Shown one piece after another: positions 39,590 through 52,861 of a stretch of DNA of 64,000 nucleotides. A program made the translations under genes and the position numbers. The notes below the pieces were generated by a model. It saw only the letters and a list, made by a program, of their open reading frames with translations, was not told the DNA's origin and did not search any database. How positions within the stretch are numbered: position 1 is the stretch's first letter; every line of letters begins with the position of its first letter. Location of the stretch: assembly GCF_036321535.1 (NCBI RefSeq), contig NC_087472.1:93064001-93128000 (forward strand). Reading direction: 5' to 3'. Source of the DNA: Camelus dromedarius (taxonomy: Eukaryota).

Positions 39590-40197
39590 AAGCTAGCATT
39601 ACTTCTATCAAATGTCTAAGATTATGAAAAATGTTAATTTGTGTTTAATCAAATCATATCATTATTTTGACAAACTTTATTTCAACAGCAATTATGTTTT
39701 GTATTATATTAACTTGAACATAATTTCCAAGATCTTTAGGTAATTTAGAATCTTGTACTGATACTAAATTGAGTTAATTAATAGATATTCATTAGATGTC
39801 TAGATCATTACTAAGTAAAATAAAACAGTGAAAAGTTGATTAGTAAATATATGTTTATGTACTTTTCCTTTTTATTTGTATATGCCACATAGAGATTATA
39901 GACATTTTGATCTACTAATGAACATATTCATTGTTGCCACTTTGAGAAGATATAGTAAAAGGGAAATTTATGGATATAGACAATTGTAGGAGATTTTCAG
40001 AAAAGGAATTTAATCTGTTCTGGTCAAAGCTAGTCAAGATTTGATGTTTTTTTAAAATAATATATTCAAAAGGAGCTTTAGTATCAAATATTATACTGAT
40101 ACAAAACCAGAATTTGGTATTCTTTCTGTCAAAATGACAAAATATTTTTGGATCATTGGTCTGCTCTTAATAAGAGGTTGTGAAATGTTATTCTTTA

Positions 40198-40575
40198 AAA
40201 ATAATTATTCTTTTTAATTGCAGTATAATTTACCTATAACATTATATTAGTTTCAGGAGTACAACATAATGATTTGATATTTCAGTATCTTGTGAAATGA
40301 TCACCACAAGAAGTCTAGTTAACACCTGTCACTATACATAGCTACAAAACTTTTTTTTTTAGCCATCATGAGGACATTTAAGATCTACTGTATTAGTAAC
40401 TTCTAAATATGCAATACAGTATTAACTCTGGTCACCATGCTGTACGTTACATGCTCATGACTTAATTATTTTATACTGGAAGTTTGTATGTTTTGACCCC
40501 CTTCACCCATTTCTTCAACCCCCTAACCCCCGCTTCTGGAAACTACCAATCTGTTCTCTGTATGTATGAGCTTGG
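40198..40575 (-). mobile_element. L1 3' end (L1MA-like) nested in the ERV
   Basis: L1 3' UTR text. Degenerate TSD TGTRARATRTTATTCTTTA at about 40179-40197 and 40576-40594. Confidence 0.8.
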
Positions 40576-41107
40576 TGTAAGATATTATTCTTTATCTTCT
40601 ATGTAATCTGTGTAGATAGCAAAGATTCTGTGTCTTAACAGAATAACATTTTATTGTTTGTGTTGGCTTTATTAAATCCTTGATTGTTTAAGAAAGCAAA
40701 GGTTTCTCACTTAGGAAAGAGCTAAGGTCTTTACCGCCTGTGATTACTTTAAAAAATATTTTATGGTCACTTTAGCTTAAATAGGTATCCAAGTATTTTT
40801 CCTTAGTAACATATGATCCTGTCTTAATCAAGTGCTCAAATCTCCTGATAACTTTTGATATTTTGCCTTCCCAAAATGGAATCCTACTTGATGTTTTTTT
40901 TACACACACCATTGTCTTTCTCTGGGCCCCTAGAAAATCAAAAGGGATTTGTTCTTTCACTATGCAAAAAGGTGCCCAAGAGAATTAGGTTTATTTGATT
41001 TGATTAGTTGATTATTGATTTATCTGATTGATGAGTTGCATGGGAAGCATTTAAAATCAGAAAAGATGCTCAGACTTCTCTACATTAAATATGTATAGGA
41101 GAAGTGT

Positions 41108-41258
41108 TTTTTGGTTTTGTTTTTTGTTTGTTTGGGGGGGCAGTAATTAGGTTTGTTTATTTATTTAAGAAATTTTTTTTAGTGGAGGTACTGGGGATTG
41201 AACCCAGGACCTTATTCATGCTAAGCGTACACTCTACCACTGAGCGATACTCTCCCCC
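41108..41258 (-). mobile_element. tRNA-derived SINE (Vic-1-like) nested in the ERV
   Basis: TGGAGGTACTGGGGATTGAACCCAGGACC...CTCTACCACTGAGCGATAC on +, with the long tail. TSD not clear. Confidence 0.9.
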
Positions 41259-41767
41259 TAAAATGTTGTTAATAATAATATTTCAGTAAATGTATGCAGT
41301 ATGGAAGTTTCTGGAGAATTCTAGAAAATTATCAATGTTCCACCTGTCCAAAGTACATTGCTATTTACCAGAGTCTTGCTACTGCTTTGTTTGATATTAG
41401 GCAACAATAAGATATAATTGGAAACATTGGTTATACAATCAAGGTCTTGCATGGAATGTCATATTCCAGAGTGATACTCATATAATAAAATATGACCAGA
41501 CATTTTTGATTAACTCAAGTTGATTTTATGGAGCCAATACTTACAAAGCCCGCTGAGAAAACTTGTCTGGTATACCTGGCTTACAGAGTTCTTAGGTTTA
41601 CAGGTGAAGAAGGAGGGTCATTTCCTGCCAAGCCCAACAAACAGGATATTTTGGAGACCTCAAGAAGAGAGGAATTTGCCCAAATCTATATTACTACAGA
41701 TGGATCCTTACTGTAAGTCCTTGGCTTGGTGTCTCTGTCTCAAGGAGCTTTTAAAAGTCCAATCCAA

Positions 41768-42368
41768 TAAACAAGTTGTCGTATATATAGACAATTGAAT
41801 ATTATTCAGCTGTAAAAATGAGGAGATCTTACCATTTGCAACAATGTAGATGGACCTTGAAGGCATTATGCTAAATGAAATAAATCAGACAGAGAAAGAT
41901 ACATACTATATAATCTCATTTATGTGTGGAATCTATAAAACAAAACAAAAAAATTAACCCGCTAAAAAACAAACTCATAAAAAAAAGAGATCAGACTTGT
42001 GGTTAACAGGGGCAGAGGGTGGCATGAGGGGGAATTGGTGGAAGGTAGTCGAAAGGTAGAAACTTTTGGTTATAAGATAAAAGTACTAGGGATATAATGT
42101 ACAAGATGATGACTATAGCTGACACTGCTGTACAGTATATAGGAAAGTTGTTAAGAGAGTAGATCTTAAGACTTTTCATCACATGGAAATTTTTTTCCTT
42201 TTCTTCTCTTTTGATTGTATCCTTTTGAGAAGATATATGTTAGCTGAACCTATTGTGGTAATCATTTCACAATACATGTAAATCAAACCATCATGATGTA
42301 TACCTTAATCTTATACAGTAAAGTATGTCAATTATTTCTCAATAAAATGGGGGCAGTGAGGGGAGGAC
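41768..42368 (+). mobile_element. L1 3' end nested in the ERV
   Basis: CCATTTGCAACAATGTAGATGGACCTTGAAGGCATTATGCTAA...TTTCTCAATAAAA. TSD core TCCAATCCAA at 41758-41767 and 42369-42378. The tail is G-rich. Confidence 0.85.
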
Positions 42369-44734
42369 TCCAATCCAAGTTTCCTTATGAAAATTTCCAG
42401 AAAAAAAAAACTTAAAAAGACCTATATGGTAAATGACCATTCTTGCTGCACCTATGTATGTAATTAGACCAAACCTAATGAGATCAGTCTTATTTTGTGA
42501 TTAAGAATAATCTTTCTTTGAGATTATTTTTGATGAAAAAGGTAGAGATTATAGAGAGAAATTTTGTGTTTCAGTGAGAAACTATGCACTATCTCTAGCA
42601 TAATCTGGGTTATCAGATTTCAATCATATTCATTGTTTTTGAGCTATTTTGCTCCTTTCTTGTAAATTGTGAGTGACTGATGGATACTCAACTCTATTGC
42701 ATGGTGGAGACTGTATTGACTTCTCCCACCATGGAAAACCCAGTTTTGGTATCTAGCTGCAAATCGGACTGGATTCTGTTATCTTGCCCAAATTGTCAAA
42801 CTTTACCAAATTTTCAAATCTTCATGTTGCCATCAATATCTAGTTATATTCCTCCAAACCAAAATTTCTGATTTTTCTCCCTACCACCTTACCTGGAGTC
42901 ACTAAGAACTACCCAGACCCTTATTGGAACTCAATGTTATCCTGAAGAGGACTCTTTCTTCCAAGATCCGAAAGAAGACTTGCCAGCTGAAGTTCAGTGA
43001 CTTTCTGTAAACTTCAAAGAACTCATCACCACAGCAGGCTATGCATGGACTGGAATTTTCCCTGGGGAAACTGCTGTCTGGTCCACTAAGGAAGTCTGGC
43101 AAAGTGCTTGGGTCATGCATGTTCTTATATGAAAGGTAACCGGGACTGTGGACAACATTACTAAGCATTGACTTCCTAGTTGAGAGTTTCAGGAAACTCA
43201 GTGAGTAGTGCTGCATAACTGAAAATTTTTACTCCAACAACCTCTTGAAATCGACCAAACCAATCACTTTCAGAGTTCAATTTCTTGTTCTTTACTTTAA
43301 TACAAGCATTTATATATTTCTCCTTTTTCATTTAGACAATCTTTGTTTAAGATGTCTGATCCCCAGAGCTCTAAAACAATTGACCTTTGCCACTAACTCT
43401 CAAGAGAATGTTCAACTGGTTTTACAGGAACAATGCCAACAAGAATCCTTGGGGAACTATTTCTTAAACATTGATTTGCCCCACTCAGGAGGCTTTTGAA
43501 CACCTCTGAGTTGTTCAACAGCAATGATACCTATTAATCATGAACAAAAGAAGAGACTAACAATATTGAAATTTATCTGAGCCCTATGCTTCTGGGAAGC
43601 AGTGATGGTTAAAAAATCTTCCACACTTATGTGGTCTAAGAATGGGCTAACCATAAAGGACCTCCCTGCTCTCCCATATTCTGAGATAAGACCCACCTCC
43701 ACCCTACCTCAATGACTGTGATAGGTCTGCTCTCCATCCTTACTATGACTCTCATAAACTCACTGAGGACTCCCTTGTTTACTTACCTCTATAAAATTAC
43801 AAGTCTCCTTCCTTTTCTTTGAGATGTTCTTCATTAATATAACATGCTCCCTGTTGTAATACTGTGAATAAAATCACTTCCTTAATTGTCTGGGGTATTC
43901 TGTCTTTCACAAATGTCAAGACTCAATAAAGTGACATTTATTTCATAGGCAAGAGCAATGGCTCTTAGGTAGAAAATAACACCTTTACTAACATGGGCTA
44001 TATAACATTTATCAGAAAAATATTAATAGGATTCTATAATAACCCAACAAATCTTATACTATAAGTATTATGAAACAATTCACTAAAATAGGAAATAAAT
44101 TATTTTAAAATTCTGGCTTAAAATACTTTACTTGTTCTTTATTCACCCCCATGGACAATAAGGAAGTGATCATGCTACAAATAGCTGAAAATTTAGAACT
44201 CACTATGGGAAAAAAAATAAATGGGCCTTCAGAAAGGTTTGTGTAGCATTTGCAGGTCTCTCTAACTAGTTTTGCCCCTTGTTTTTCCTAAAAGCGCTAC
44301 TACAAGGCTCTTTTTGAGTGAAATATGTTGCTAAAGGCTTGGGAAAGTTTAAGAGAGAGTAAAACAGAACATCAAAGAGGAAATACATTAACAATATATA
44401 ATAAAATCATTGCCCTGTTTCTCCAAGATCCCACTCTGGGAAAGCCCTCACTGGCTCTGCTTCTACTTCCCAGAGCTCCTTGCCATTAGGATAACTCTGG
44501 TTCCTCCCTCTTCTGCTTCCAGATCTTGCATCTTTCTAAATCTCTATCACTTAATTGTTGAAAAAAATTGTGAAATATTGCAAACACACAGAACAGCATT
44601 AAAAGACAATTTTCAGAAAAGATAAAATCATGACTCTCAAACAGATATAAAAATGAACACTTGTTAAATAATTTGTTTTATTCATAGGATATGAGGGAAC
44701 CAGGCAGATGTTACAACCAGTTCAAAGCATAGGT

Positions 44735-45002
44735 TTATGGCATATGGTTTCATCGGTGTATACTTGTCTCCAAACTCATCATCATAGTTTTTTTTTTTAA
44801 TTGAAGTATAGTCGATTTACAGTGTCGTGTATTGATTTCTGTTGTGCAGCATAGCGATTCAGTTATACATTTATATATAACGTATACATATATTCCTTTT
44901 CATATTCTTTTTATTATAGGCTTTTACAAGGTACTGAATATACATTAAATATGTACAGCTTTTTGTATGTCAATCATGCCTCAATAAAGTGGTTAAAAAA
45001 AG
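44735..45002 (+). mobile_element. Old L1 3' terminus with a nested antisense younger L1 end (about 44787-44940)
   Basis: TACATTAAATATGTACAGC...CCTCAATAAAGTGGTTAAAAAA terminus, with a nested poly(T)-AATTGAAGTATAGTCGATTTACA. Confidence 0.75.
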
Positions 45003-45676
45003 GGAAAAGTCAAAATAGCACATATTTAGATGGAGTAAAGTAATACTGACAATAATTGTAAATGGAGGCAAACTGGTTTTTATTTGGGGCTACGGGAGAG
45101 GAAGTCAATTAAATCTCTATCAGCCAGGGTAGTTTAATAGACTGCAGAAATTTAAGGTGACAGTGTTGAACTCTGAGCCCTGTGTCTATCAGTTACCTAC
45201 AGATTATAAAGAGGTGCAAAATAGCTCAAAGACAGTGAACAGAGCTAGAACTTGTTAACTCAGAAGAGTACTATATAAGATGTATAGTTTTCCATTTAAA
45301 TACATTTTTTCCTATAGTAGACATGCATGTAACCTATAAAAAAGATAAATATATTATACTTTATTATTTCAGATACCCTTTTTATAAAAAAAATTATAAT
45401 AAATACAACTAAATTGTCAAACCCTTCTACTCCCATCCCCTTCCTACCCAAAAGTTACCACTGCCCTGAAGTCATATATATTCTAACCTAATACTTTTTA
45501 CTACTAATGTAAATGCCTCCAAAAACATATGCTTTGTAATTCTGTATTTAATAATTTAGAAAATTATATGATTATATTTTCATCTGTGTGCAACTTTTAG
45601 CCTCAACAGTATACTTTTGAGATAGGAATGTGAATCATGATCATATTTTCCAATTTTAATCCAGCCTTGTATTTCT

Positions 45677-45813
45677 TTTTCTTTTTTTAATTGAAGTATA
45701 GTCCACTTACAGTGTGTCAATTTCTTGTGTACAGCATAATGTTTCAGTCATACATATACACAAGTATATTCATTTTCATATTCTTTTTCATTATAGGTTA
45801 CTACAAGATATTG
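45677..45813 (-). mobile_element. Short L1 3' end
   Basis: TSD CAKCCTTGTATTTCT at 45662-45676 and 45814-45828. Confidence 0.9.
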
Positions 45814-46279
45814 CATCCTTGTATTTCTGATATAAAACAATTTAAAACTTTGATTTATTTTAAAAGATATAGCTAAATTTGATTTTATAATTTCTGGGCC
45901 TTTTTTATAAACAGGATTTGTCTTAATTTTTCTTTCTCATATTGCCATGGCTGATTTTGGTATGAAGATTACACTCGCTTAATAAAATGATTTGGGTGTT
46001 TCCATTCTTTGGAACTGTTTGTCTCAAATAAGAATGATCTAGTCCCTGAAGATTTGTTAGACTGTCATGTGAAAACTTCAGCATATTTTCCCCCACCTTC
46101 TACTAGGTTAACTGGTGATTCAATTTCTTTAATAGTTATAGATCTATTTAGATTTTAAAAAATTTCTTACTGAATTGATTTTAGTGCATTACACTTTTTC
46201 CCAGCGAATTGTCCATTTTATCAAATTTTTTACTTTATTGGTATAAGGATATACATGGTATACTCTTTTGTGATTATCA

Positions 46280-47262
46280 TTTTTATTGTTGGAAAAGACA
46301 AATAACAAAACTTACCATTGTAAGTTTTTTAAGTGTATAGTTCAGTAGTGTTAAGAATATTCATATTGTTGTGCAACCAATCTCCAAAAGTTTTTCATCT
46401 TGCAAAACTAAAGCTCTATACCCACTAAAAGGTAACTCCCCATTTCCCACTCCCCCCGGCCCCTGGCAACCACCATTCTACTTTTCTGTTTCTATCAATT
46501 TGACTACTCTAGATAGCTCATGTAAGTGGATCGTACAATGTTTGTCTTTTTGTAACTGGCTTATTTCATTTAGCATAATGTATTCAAGGTTCATCCATGT
46601 TGTAGCTTGTGTCAGAATTCACTTCCTTTTAAGACTGAGTAATATTCCCTTGCATGATATTTTTGCTTATCCATTTATCCATTGAGGGACATTTGCATTG
46701 CTTCCAACTCTTGGTTATTTTGAATAGTGCTGCTATGAATTTGGGTGTGCAATTATCTCTGAGATGCCACTTTCAGTCCTTTTGGATATACACCCAGAGG
46801 TGGAATTGCTGGATGATGGTAATACTATATATATATTTTTTTTTTGGAGGAACTACCATACGGTTTTCCACAGAGGCTGCATCATTTTACGTTCCTACCA
46901 ATAGTGCACAAGAATTCCATTTCCTTCACATCTTCACCAACACTTATTTTATTTTTATTTGTTTGTTTGTTTGATAGTGGCCATCCTAATGGGTGTGAAG
47001 TAGTATCTGATTGTGGTTTTGATTTACATTTCCCTAATGATTACTGATATTGAGTATCTTTCCTATGCTTATTGGCCATTTGTATATCATTTTTAGAGAA
47101 GTGTCTATTCAAGTTCTTTGCCCATTTTCTAATTGGTTTGTATTTTGTTGTTGAGCTGTAGGAGTTTTTCTATATTCTGCATATTAAGTCTTTATCATAT
47201 ATATGATTTGCAACTATTTTTTCTCATTCTCTAGGTTGCCTTTTCACTCTCTTTATTGTATT
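46280..47262 (-). mobile_element. LINE-1 (L1MB-like) 3' kilobase, within older L1-like debris at about 45300-48060
   Basis: Typical L1MB antisense sequence, colinear with 32420-33210 and 62190-63548. Confidence 0.85.
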
Positions 47263-48113
47263 CATGGTATACTCTAATATGCAAAATGTTTTACTGTAAC
47301 TACTGTAGTCATGTATTCTTTTTCACTTTGAATATTGGGTATGTACCATCTCCTATCTCTCTCTTTCCCCATATTAACAGCTTTTCATTGCTTTTTATAT
47401 TTTGTCTATTTAGATAGCCAACTTTTGTCTTTGTTAATCTTTTCTGTTGGCTTTCTCTTTTCACCAGTGCTTATTTTATTGGCTTCTTTCTGCTTTTGTT
47501 GGTTTTTCTTTTTCTTTTTTCAAATTTTTTTTTCCTTTTTCAAACTCTTAACTTGGTTGATGTTTGATATTTCTCCTTTTCTAATCTCTGTGTTTTGTAT
47601 TTTTCAAATGTGCCTTCAAGTGCTTTTGAGCTTCATCCTCAAAGTACTGATATGTAGATTTTTCACTGGTGTTCTGGAATTTCATATTATTCATATAACT
47701 GTGGAGCAATTTTTATCCATTCTGCTCAAGACATGCTTTTATTTTTTAAGCATCTATATCTTAGCCTTCTAATATCATCTAATGCAAAATCTCTACTATT
47801 TTCTCCTTCGGGAACATATACTAAAAAATATATTAAACTTCTATTTTTATCCCCTGTTGTTCTTAAACTTTATTTTTTATTTTCCATCTCTTTTTTTTTC
47901 TCTATCCGGTATCTCGAGCAATTATTCCTCGGTCCTATTATCCAGATCACTACTTACCTCTTCAGCTGAGTCTAATGTGCTTTTGAACACAAATGTGTAC
48001 TTAATTGTAACCATATTTTTGATATCAAAAAGCTTTAAATTTAAGTTTTATTTTTATTTTTCCAAATCTGTATTTCCCTAAGGAGCAGATTTTAACTTTT
48101 TAGAGGAGATTTT

Positions 48114-48224
48114 AAAAAATTCTTTCTCCATTTTATTTTATTTTTAATGGAGATACTAGGGATTGAACCCAGGACCTTGTGCATGCCAGGCATGCACTCT
48201 ACTACTGAGCTGTACCCTACCCCC
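48114..48224 (-). mobile_element. tRNA-derived SINE (Vic-1-like), short-tail form
   Basis: GGGATTGAACCCAGGACC...CTGAGCTGTACCC on +. TSD AGRGGAGATTTT at 48102-48113 and 48225-48236. Confidence 0.9.
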
Positions 48225-49904
48225 AGGGGAGATTTTTTTTTGATAACACCCAGTGGACAGCCAAAACTTTCTTGCTAGTTAGTGATTTCTTTTTAGTACT
48301 CACTTTAACAGAGGATGCAGATTTGTGGATATCTTTAATATTCCCTGGGGTCTCACTTCCAACTTCCCATCTCATACAGGTCCTGCATTTTATCTCCTAT
48401 GTGACATAAGAACCAAAGACCTTGGTTTTTGCATGCAATCACCCTTTCTCAGAGTAGCAGCAGCAATAACACCTGAAACAACTAGCATTTTCATTTCCCT
48501 CTTTATTTCTGACAACTGGGATGGGGGATTTTTCTTTCTTTCTCAAGAAATCAGCCATGCATTAACTTTTTTTAATTGTTGTTATAGCCAGCATTCCCAG
48601 GTAATTTTAGACTTTAAAAAAAATTTTGTTTTTGCTTAATCTTAGTTGCTATCTTTCCCCAATGGGCTTAATGATCTTCCTCTTGAACTGCCGAAGAACT
48701 AGCTCCAAATTTTGGCTGCTTGGCTATGCAGAGCAATTGAGTTGACCCTTTGTTATATTTCCTATCTTTTAAATCAATCATCTCCAAAAGTCTTATGAAG
48801 GTAATCTTCCAAAGAAAAGATCAGAACACCTAACTGCCATTCTCCCACCTTTAGCTCTCCCAGCTTAAATTGTAATCATTCTTTAAGTTGACATTTCTTT
48901 TCTTTAGCATATATTAGACTAAGCCAACAACTTAATCTAGGTATACAATAGCTATTTCAGTCTTGGTGTGCTCTGATGAGGAGTAAACAATCAATGGTAG
49001 TGACAGTCCTACTGTATGCTGTGTTAGGGAGATGCTCCTGGAACATTATCAAGTGGAACATTACATAGGGTGGGGGAGTGAGGGTGCTTAAATCCAGAAG
49101 AGAAACCTTATAGGCATAGGCCCATTGTGTTCAAACATTTTATGAGTTGCTGTGTGAAATATGAATTAATTAACTTGTTCTGGACTGCAGTATAAGTTCC
49201 AATGGGTACTTTTTTTTTAAATGTAGATTTTTGCTAAGTAGAATACAAACTGTCACAAATAAAATGGCTTATCTTTGGCAGCAATCAGCTTTGGAAGAAC
49301 TTTAGCAGAGGCGGCTGACCCTGTCATGGGTGTTCTAAGAAGATTTTGGCAAGTGAAGGAAGTTTGAACTAGATAGCTTTTCATGTTTCTTTCAAATCAA
49401 AGATTCTTTTTTTCTATGAAGCTCCCACATCTTGAAGCTTTTCTATTATTGCAGTTTAGTACTCTGAATTGACGGGAGATTTGTTAATGATTAAAATAGA
49501 CAGGTAGCTATACATTTCTGAGGAAATAGAAGTTGAGGGCTAGAGCATATAAACAGGTGAGCCAATCATTCTAATATTACATTATCTCTGCCACTATGCT
49601 GTTCCTCATTACTAATTCTTCTCTTTGTTTAGGTGGACATACTATCTAGCCTGTATGAAACATAAAGCCACAGAATTTATGAATTTATATCCCTATTATG
49701 TCATAAAAGTGTTTTGGAATTCTAGCTTCAAAATTCTTTGATTCCTTCTGTGCTCAAATTAAAACCTTTTGTTTCTGAAATGGCCCTTCCCTTTTCAATG
49801 GCAGCAGGGCTTTTTCTCATCATTATGGTAGATCCATGTTTAATCCTGGTTGCTTTTTTAAAATTACACTCAAGCTTCAGCTTTGAAATTTATTTAACAC
49901 CAGG

Positions 49905-51162
49905 TGCTATGGGTTGAATTTTATCTCCCCCAAATTCATATGTTGAAGTCCCAGTACCTCAAAATGTGACCTTATTTGGATATAGGGTACATGTGTTGCC
50001 CAACCAAACATGGGTCCACTCGCCAACAAGCAGCAAAATCAATCTACTGACACTGGGTTGTGGTGAAGCAAAGTGCAGGATTTACTGCAAGCCCAAGCAA
50101 GGAGTACAGGCAGCTAATCCTCAAGAGATTCGAACTCTTGGATGGATTTTAGGGAAGCATTTTTAAAGGCAAGGTGAAGAACAGAGTCACAGGGTACATG
50201 ATCAGCTCATGCACAATTCTCTGATTGATTGATGGTGAGGTAACAGAGTGGTGTCACAGGAGTTAACATTATCAGTTCTTAGGCTCCAGCTGATTTGGGG
50301 GCTACCTGTTTCTGGTCATCGTGCAGTTAGCTTCTTCCATCAGGTGGGGGTTTTAGTAAAACAACTTGAGTGTGCATGAGGCACTTATCTATGCCCGTGA
50401 GGGAGAAACTATAAAGATTCTATGACTGGTGACTGCTATATGGCTGATCTATTGTTTAAATTTTTACCAGTTCTCCTGGCCCAATTGCTATTTTCTGTTA
50501 CATGTTCACATTCTTTCAATCATTAATTCTTGAGCCAGCCTTTTGCAACTCAGGGGAGGCCTAAGAGACTAAAGCTTTTCTACAAACAAGAGGCAGACTA
50601 AGGACATGAGGGGATCTGTCCTGGGAAAGCTGCATACTGTCCTGCTTAGTTACAGTCCCCCCTTTTCTTTGATACTCCTCGATCTTGAGGGGAACAGATA
50701 TGGGACAAGAAAGGGGATAAAGTTTTGAATAGAGAGGTTAATCATAAACTGGGCAAAGAAACTCAGTTTTAGGGGGACTTGGTTTCAGATGCAGATGTAA
50801 TTCGCTGAGATGAGGTCATTCTGGAGTAGAGTGGGCCCCTACTCCAGTATGACTGATGTCCTTATAAGAAGGGGAAATTGGAACACAGATACGCACACAA
50901 AGAAAATATCATGTGAACATAAAAGCAGAGGCCAGGGTGATGTGTCTACAATCCAAGGGATGCCCAAAGATTGCCAGCAAAGCATCATAAGCTAGGCAAG
51001 AGGCATGAAACAGATTCTCCCTTATAGACCTCAGCAGGAACCAACCCTGCCACCTTGATCTTAGATTTTCAGTCTCCAGAACTGTGAGATAATAAATTTT
51101 TGCTGTTTAAGTCACTAAGTTTGTAGTACTTTTTTTAATGGTAGCCACAGCATACTAATACA
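49905..51162 (+). mobile_element. MaLR solo LTR (MLT1B-like) split by a nested ERV1 LTR
   Basis: Start TGCTATGGGTTGAATT...AATGTGACCTTATTTGGA. Resumes GCAGATGTAATT...GATGAGGTCAT at about 50790. Ends ACTAATACA. Confidence 0.9.
49994..50787 (-). mobile_element. ERV1-class solo LTR (MER41-like) nested in MLT1
   Basis: TG...CA termini with 4-bp flanks CATG / GATG. Minus strand carries TTTAAAA and AGTAAA signals and an internal PPT-TGTAAC motif. Confidence 0.75.
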
Positions 51163-51974
51163 ACAAGAGATGTGAAAAAACTTGACCTTACCACAAGATA
51201 AATCAGTGGGCTGTAGTTTGCAGTGTAGCAGAAGGTACCCTCTCCCCTTATAATATGAACTTGTGAAGTTCCAAAATAGCTCAAAGTCTTAAGAATACAC
51301 TGAAGTCAAGTATTCATGCACAACAGTGCATGAATATTTTATTAACAAATATTTCAAATAAGAGTGCACTTAGTATGCACATATTTAAATTGTTTTCATT
51401 TAACCATGCATTTGCACTTTGTGTTCCTTGCCACTGATACATATCCAGTCAGAAAAGCTCTTAACTTTTCAGTTACAAATGAAATGTTTTTCAGTGAAGC
51501 AGCCATTTTTCCTCATTAACAAAAAGACTCCTCAAATTTACTTCTCAAAGTAAAAATCTTACAGCAGTTGTAAAGTAACCCAAACTTAGAATTTTGTTGC
51601 TTGAACAAAAATCAGGCCAGTGTGAAAATAAATTAAGCTGAGTGCAGTTTTATAATAATAATAATAAATATGATTCATATGGCAATTAAAACAAGTTCTG
51701 CCATGGGTCAAAATTGGCAAGTTTCTTCAAAAATACCAGAAGAGCTTCTAGTTACTCATAGTTATTAGGCTAAAATCCAGAAATATTAGAAATTGACTTA
51801 AGGAACGTTTGACTTCTAGTTACAGTAAGCTATAGTAGAACCCTCACTACCCTAGAACTAGAGAATATGTTTCATCCTTGCCTTAAGAGATTTCTGTTGT
51901 ATAAATCTTGCCTGTAGACTATTAGATTTGCAAGTTGAGGAACTAGTGTCAAGGAGTAAGAGAAATTTTAATTA

Positions 51975-52200
51975 AGCAATGTACATAATGTACTTTGGAG
52001 GCAAAAAGATCTGGGGTCATATCCCAGCTTAGCCACTTAGAAGTTGCAGACAAGTTATTTAAATTTCTCAGCCTTGGCCTCAGGTAGGCAACCAACTACT
52101 TTGAAAGACTTTAATAATGAAGAAAATTAAATGTAAAATGCCTAGCACAGTTTCTAGGTTGTAGTAGGTCAATAAGTAGTAGTTATTACTGTTATTATTA
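51975..52200 (+). mobile_element. MIR SINE
   Basis: ATCCCAGCTTAGCCACTTA...GACAAGTTATTTAAATTTCTCAGCCT...TGCCTAGCACAG...TCAATAAGTAGTAGTTATTA. Confidence 0.7.
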
Positions 52201-52354
52201 AGTCGACTTTTCTTCTGACTAAATCTGATGTTGTAATCTTTTCTTTCCCCTCATCTGGCTATAGTTGAACTCGGTATTCATTCATTCATTCATTTCTACT
52301 GCTAATTTAAAAAAGGAAAAGTATATGGATATAGTGGCTTTAAGGATAAAGTAG

Positions 52355-52836
52355 TGTGGGGCCTGATTAATGGTCCTCAAATATGTCCATGGCCTAATCT
52401 CCAGACTCTGAATATGTTACCTAATATGACAAAAGGGACCTTACAGATCTAATTAAGTTAAGGACTTTGAGATGGGAAAGTTACCCTGGAGTATCCAGAC
52501 GGGTCTGATGTACTCATAGGAGTACTTATCAGAAGGGTACAGGAGGAGTCAGAGTCAAAGAATATGGTGACATGATGATGAAAGCAGAAATTGGAGTGAT
52601 GTGCTTTGAAGGAGGAGGAAGGGGCCAGAAGCCAATGAATACAGAAACTGAAAAAGGCAAGGAATTAGATTCTCCCCTAGGGCCTCCAGAAGTGACCAGC
52701 ACTGCCAACATCTTGACTTCAGTTCATTGAAACTGATTATAGACTTCTGACCTCCAGAACTGTAAGAGAATATATTTGTGTTTTAAACCACGAAGTTTGT
52801 GGTAATTTGTTACAGTGGCAACAATAAACTAATACA
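52355..52836 (+). mobile_element. MaLR solo LTR (MLT1C/D-like)
   Basis: TGTGG...GAATATGTTACC...GACTTCTGACCTCCAGAACTGTAAGAGAAT...AACTAATACA. TSD AGTAG / GGTAG. Confidence 0.9.
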
Positions 52837-52861
52837 GGTAGAGATGAAGTCATTTGAGGTC

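Larger units (their letters stand above)
38096..43911 (+). mobile_element. Complete non-autonomous ERV1 (MER4-group-like) provirus
   Basis: Two colinear LTRs (38096-38424 and 43558-43911). 4-bp TSD AATG at 38092-38095 and 43912-43915. PBS at 38428-38445. Polypurine tract AAAAGAAGAGAC just before 43558. AT-rich internal region with no recognisable gag/pol/env ORF. Confidence 0.85.

Noticed and set aside
49610..49660. Acceptor-like ACTAATTCTTCTCTTTGTTTAG (similar sites at about 12941, 21674 and 54021)
   Set aside because: The downstream donors are weak or the implied exons are tiny and not frame-preserving. Such sites are expected by chance in 64 kb.
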